DNA from: Octopus sinensis
Lineage: Eukaryota
DNA: 37,415 nt
Direction of reading: 5' to 3'
Assembly: GCF_006345805.1 (NCBI RefSeq)
Contig: NW_021835905.1
Coordinates: forward strand, 1-37,415
Shown here: positions 34,628 to 37,415 of the stretch, one piece after another
How the letters are laid out: each line of letters begins with the position of its first letter
How positions within the stretch are numbered: the first letter of the stretch is position 1
The notes under the pieces: model-generated
Database searches by the model: none
Seen by the model: only the letters and a program-made list of their open reading frames with translations
Told to the model about the DNA's origin: nothing
Program-made: the position numbers and the translations under genes

Positions 34628-35180
34628 GAGGCGCAATGGCGCAGTGGTTAGGGCAGCAGACTCACGGTCGTATATTCGCGGCGAGCTGGCAGAAACGTTA
34701 GCACGCCGGGCGAAATGAGTAGCCGTATTTCGTCTGCCGTTACGTTCTGAGTTCAAATTCCGCCGAGGTCGACTTTGCCTTTCATCTTTTCGGGGTCGAT
34801 TAATTAAGTACCAGTTATGCATTGGGGTCGATGTAATCGACGCAATCCGTTTGTCTGTCCTTGTTTGGCCTCTCTGTGTTTAGCCCCTTGTAAAGGGTAG
34901 TAAAGAAATAGGCCGTAGATTCGCGGTTTAGATTTTCAAGCCGGGAGTTGTGAGTGTTTATTGAGCGAAAACACTTAAAGCTCTACGATGCTCCGTTGTA
35001 CCTATATTTCAAAGGGCCAACTTTGTCACACTCTGTATCACGCTGAATCTCCCCGAGAACTGCGTTAAGGGGATACGTGTCGGTGGAGTGCTCAGCCACT
35101 TGCACGTTAATTTCACAAGCATGCTGTTCCGTTGATCGTATCAACTGGAAACTATCGTCGTCGTAACCGACGGAGTGCCA
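34628..35180 (+). mobile_element. SINE family B with tail T1, split by a nested family C copy
   Basis: Head at 34628-34679 resumes at 34911. The tail ends gtaaccgacggagtgcc. Flanks actacatc(t/g)ca may be a TSD. Confidence 0.85.
34680..34910 (+). mobile_element. SINE family C, full length, nested in the family B head
   Basis: TSD ggtcgtatattcgc (34666-34679) / ggccgtagattcgc (34911-34924), 12/14 identical. Confidence 0.92.
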
Positions 35181-35581
35181 CTACATCGCAAAATTATGTA
35201 ATACGAATGTGTCTAAAGCGTGCGTAAGCCGATAAAGGTATATAAATATTCATTCTTTTGCAATTTTCGTTGCATTTTCACCTGTGACCTTTGTAAAACC
35301 AAAATTCATACATCTTTGGTGTCTGAACTTTGGCTTTACATAGACTGGATAGACTGCGGAGTGTAAAGTTACGGACTACGTGGTTTACAATCACCTTCGG
35401 CAGTCAATTTCTTTTATCCAAATTCGATCACTACACAATGCTTGCAGATTATGAACCAGATTTTTAAAAATCCCTTCTTAATTTTAGCCATGCATATAAC
35501 ATTTGTGCGTGCGTGTGTGTGTGCGTGTGTGTGTTGTGTGTGTGTGCATTCATACATATATATATATATTATATACATGTA

Positions 35582-35620
<39 letters not shown>

Positions 35621-35930
35621 TATCACGTAACTGACCGGGCTATCAGATGTTGCTACACATCGCTGCTCACAATGCACTTCGCATTGCTTTACCCTTCAAA
35701 TGACGCCATCCCGCTGGCTAAGCGAGCAGGCCAACAGAAGAAAGAGTGAGAGAAAGTTGCGGTGAAAGAGTACAGCAGGGGTCGCCACCCCCACCCCCCA
35801 CCCCCTGCCGGAACATCGTGGAGCTTTAGGTGTTTTCGCCCAATAAACACTCACAACGCCCGGTCTGGGAATTGAAATTGGAATCCTACGACCGCGAGTC
35901 CGCTGCCCTAACCACTGGGCCATTGCGCCT

Positions 35931-35932
<2 letters not shown>
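35621..35932 (-). mobile_element. SINE family B head with tail T3, full length
   Basis: Reverse complement ggaggcgcaatggcccagtggttagggcagcggactcgcggtcgtagg...catctgatagcccggtcagttacgtgata. Confidence 0.92.
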
Positions 35933-35993
<61 letters not shown>

Positions 35994-36426
35994 CACATAT
36001 ATATATATATATATTTGTTGAGCGACAAACTAATAAATTACTAGTGCACGTCCTCTTGTATGTTAATTTTATTTTGTTATTTGCTTATTTGAATTGATTA
36101 TCTATTTGTATTGACTATATATATATGTGTGTGTGTGTGTACGTGTGTGTGTGTGTGTGAGTATGATATGGACTCTCCCGCCGAAGACGACGTATGAGCG
36201 TGTTCTGCTTTCCCCAAATGACTAGCACAAATGATTTGTTTATTGCGATCAAACGTTCGTGCAGCACATTTGCTCACTCTCTCCATCAAATCGACGTCGT
36301 CTGAACTGGTGCAGGATTTACCACGCGTCAGGTGTCGAAGTGGTCGCCGAAAAACATGAAATGAAAAGTTTTGCGCAAGAACACAACACAACCAGGAAGA
36401 CAAGCACCCCCTTATATATATATATA

Positions 36427-36747
36427 GGAGCACTCCGTCGGTTACGTCGACAAGTGTTCCAGCTGATACGATCAACGGAACGGCTTGCTCGTGAAATTAA
36501 CGTGCAAGTGGCTGAGCACTCCAGAGACACGCGTACCCTTAACGCAGTTCTCAGGGAGATTCAACGTGATACAAAGTGTGACAAGGCTGGCCCTTTGAAA
36601 TACAGGTAGTACTCCTTTTTGCCAGAAGAATGGAATGGAGCAACGTGAAATATGACTTGCTCAAGGACACAACGCGTCGCCGGGAATTGAACTAACGACC
36701 TTACAATCGGGAGCCGAATGCCCTAACCATTAAGCTACGTGCCTTCA
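36427..36747 (-). mobile_element. SINE with a family D-type head and tail T1
   Basis: Head tgaaggcacgtagcttaatggttagggcattcggc..gttcaattcccggcgacgcgttgtgtccttgagcaag. The tail matches 34995-35180. Confidence 0.85.
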
Positions 36748-36913
36748 TATATACATATACATGTATTACTTAATACAGGTTTTGAAGGGTACAGGTGATT
36801 TTTAAAAAAATATTTAAAACAAAAATGTTATGAAATCTTTTGAAGATGTTACTAAACTTTTTGGGGAAGAAATCTATCCTAGTGGGTGAGCGCTTTCGTT
36901 AAACATATGTACT

Positions 36914-36957
<44 letters not shown>

Positions 36958-36974
36958 ATATTATATAATATACT

Positions 36975-37135
36975 GTTTGTCTGGTGAGAGGACATTTTTC
37001 ATTTTGTGCCTTATATTTAACACACACTCACCGGTAAAATTTCCACTAAAAAAACTAAAATAAAAATAAGTAATAAGTGGAAATTTTACCGGTGAGTGTG
37101 TGTTACAAAAAGAGAATGACTCTCCCCAAACACAA
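36975..37135. repeat. Fold-back palindrome with perfect 30-bp arms (37018-37047 / 37076-37105) and a 28-nt spacer
   Basis: taacacacactcaccggtaaaatttccact is the exact reverse complement of agtggaaattttaccggtgagtgtgtgtta. The arms extend imperfectly outward. Confidence 0.95.
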
Positions 37136-37306
37136 CAGAATATGCTTCAACACAAGAACTCACATAAAGAATCTTGTAAATCAAATCCAAAAGCGAAATA
37201 TATATATATATAAATTACAATTTAGGGTATCTAAGAGATACCTCCACGCTGGCCACTTGATACGATCAGTATTTATATATCGATCTTATCTATATATTTA
37301 TATATA

Positions 37307-37359
<53 letters not shown>

Positions 37360-37364
37360 CATAC

Positions 37365-37395
<31 letters not shown>

Positions 37396-37415
37396 ATAAA
37401 TGAGATAGGGGTTGA

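Noticed and set aside
36098-36609. ORFs 36098-36475, 36259-36609 and 36318-36530 as genes
   Set aside because: They run across SINE-derived sequence and microsatellites and have no recognisable domain.

Overview
Eukaryotic, AT-rich, extremely repeat-dense non-coding DNA with no bacterial or CRISPR features. The SINE, LINE and microsatellite repertoire suggests a cephalopod genome, probably Octopus (inference from pattern recognition, not a database search). No intact host protein-coding gene can be supported. Almost all ORFs in the supplied track are translations of microsatellites or decayed transposons. The window holds: (i) two Penelope-like (GIY-YIG) fragments; (ii) six fragments of R4/Dong-like LINEs with a restriction-like endonuclease, three of them flanked on both sides by (AAT)n tracts; (iii) one RTE-like 3' end with a target-site duplication (TSD); (iv) several tRNA-headed SINE families, labelled A-F here, which nest, form tandem arrays and swap heads and tails; (v) a non-autonomous Helitron, a Helentron-type (HINE/DINE-like) element and two mariner remnants; (vi) many microsatellites, tandem repeats and fold-back palindromes. 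The most interesting signal is three unrelated minimal type-I hammerhead-ribozyme motifs (18607-18647 +, 17760-17805 -, 21220-21260 -). All lie outside ORFs, and one appears to be part of the 3' region of a tRNA-headed SINE. Together they suggest a set of ribozyme-bearing, Penelope-dependent non-autonomous retroelements. Coordinates of degenerate repeats are approximate (about 10 nt).
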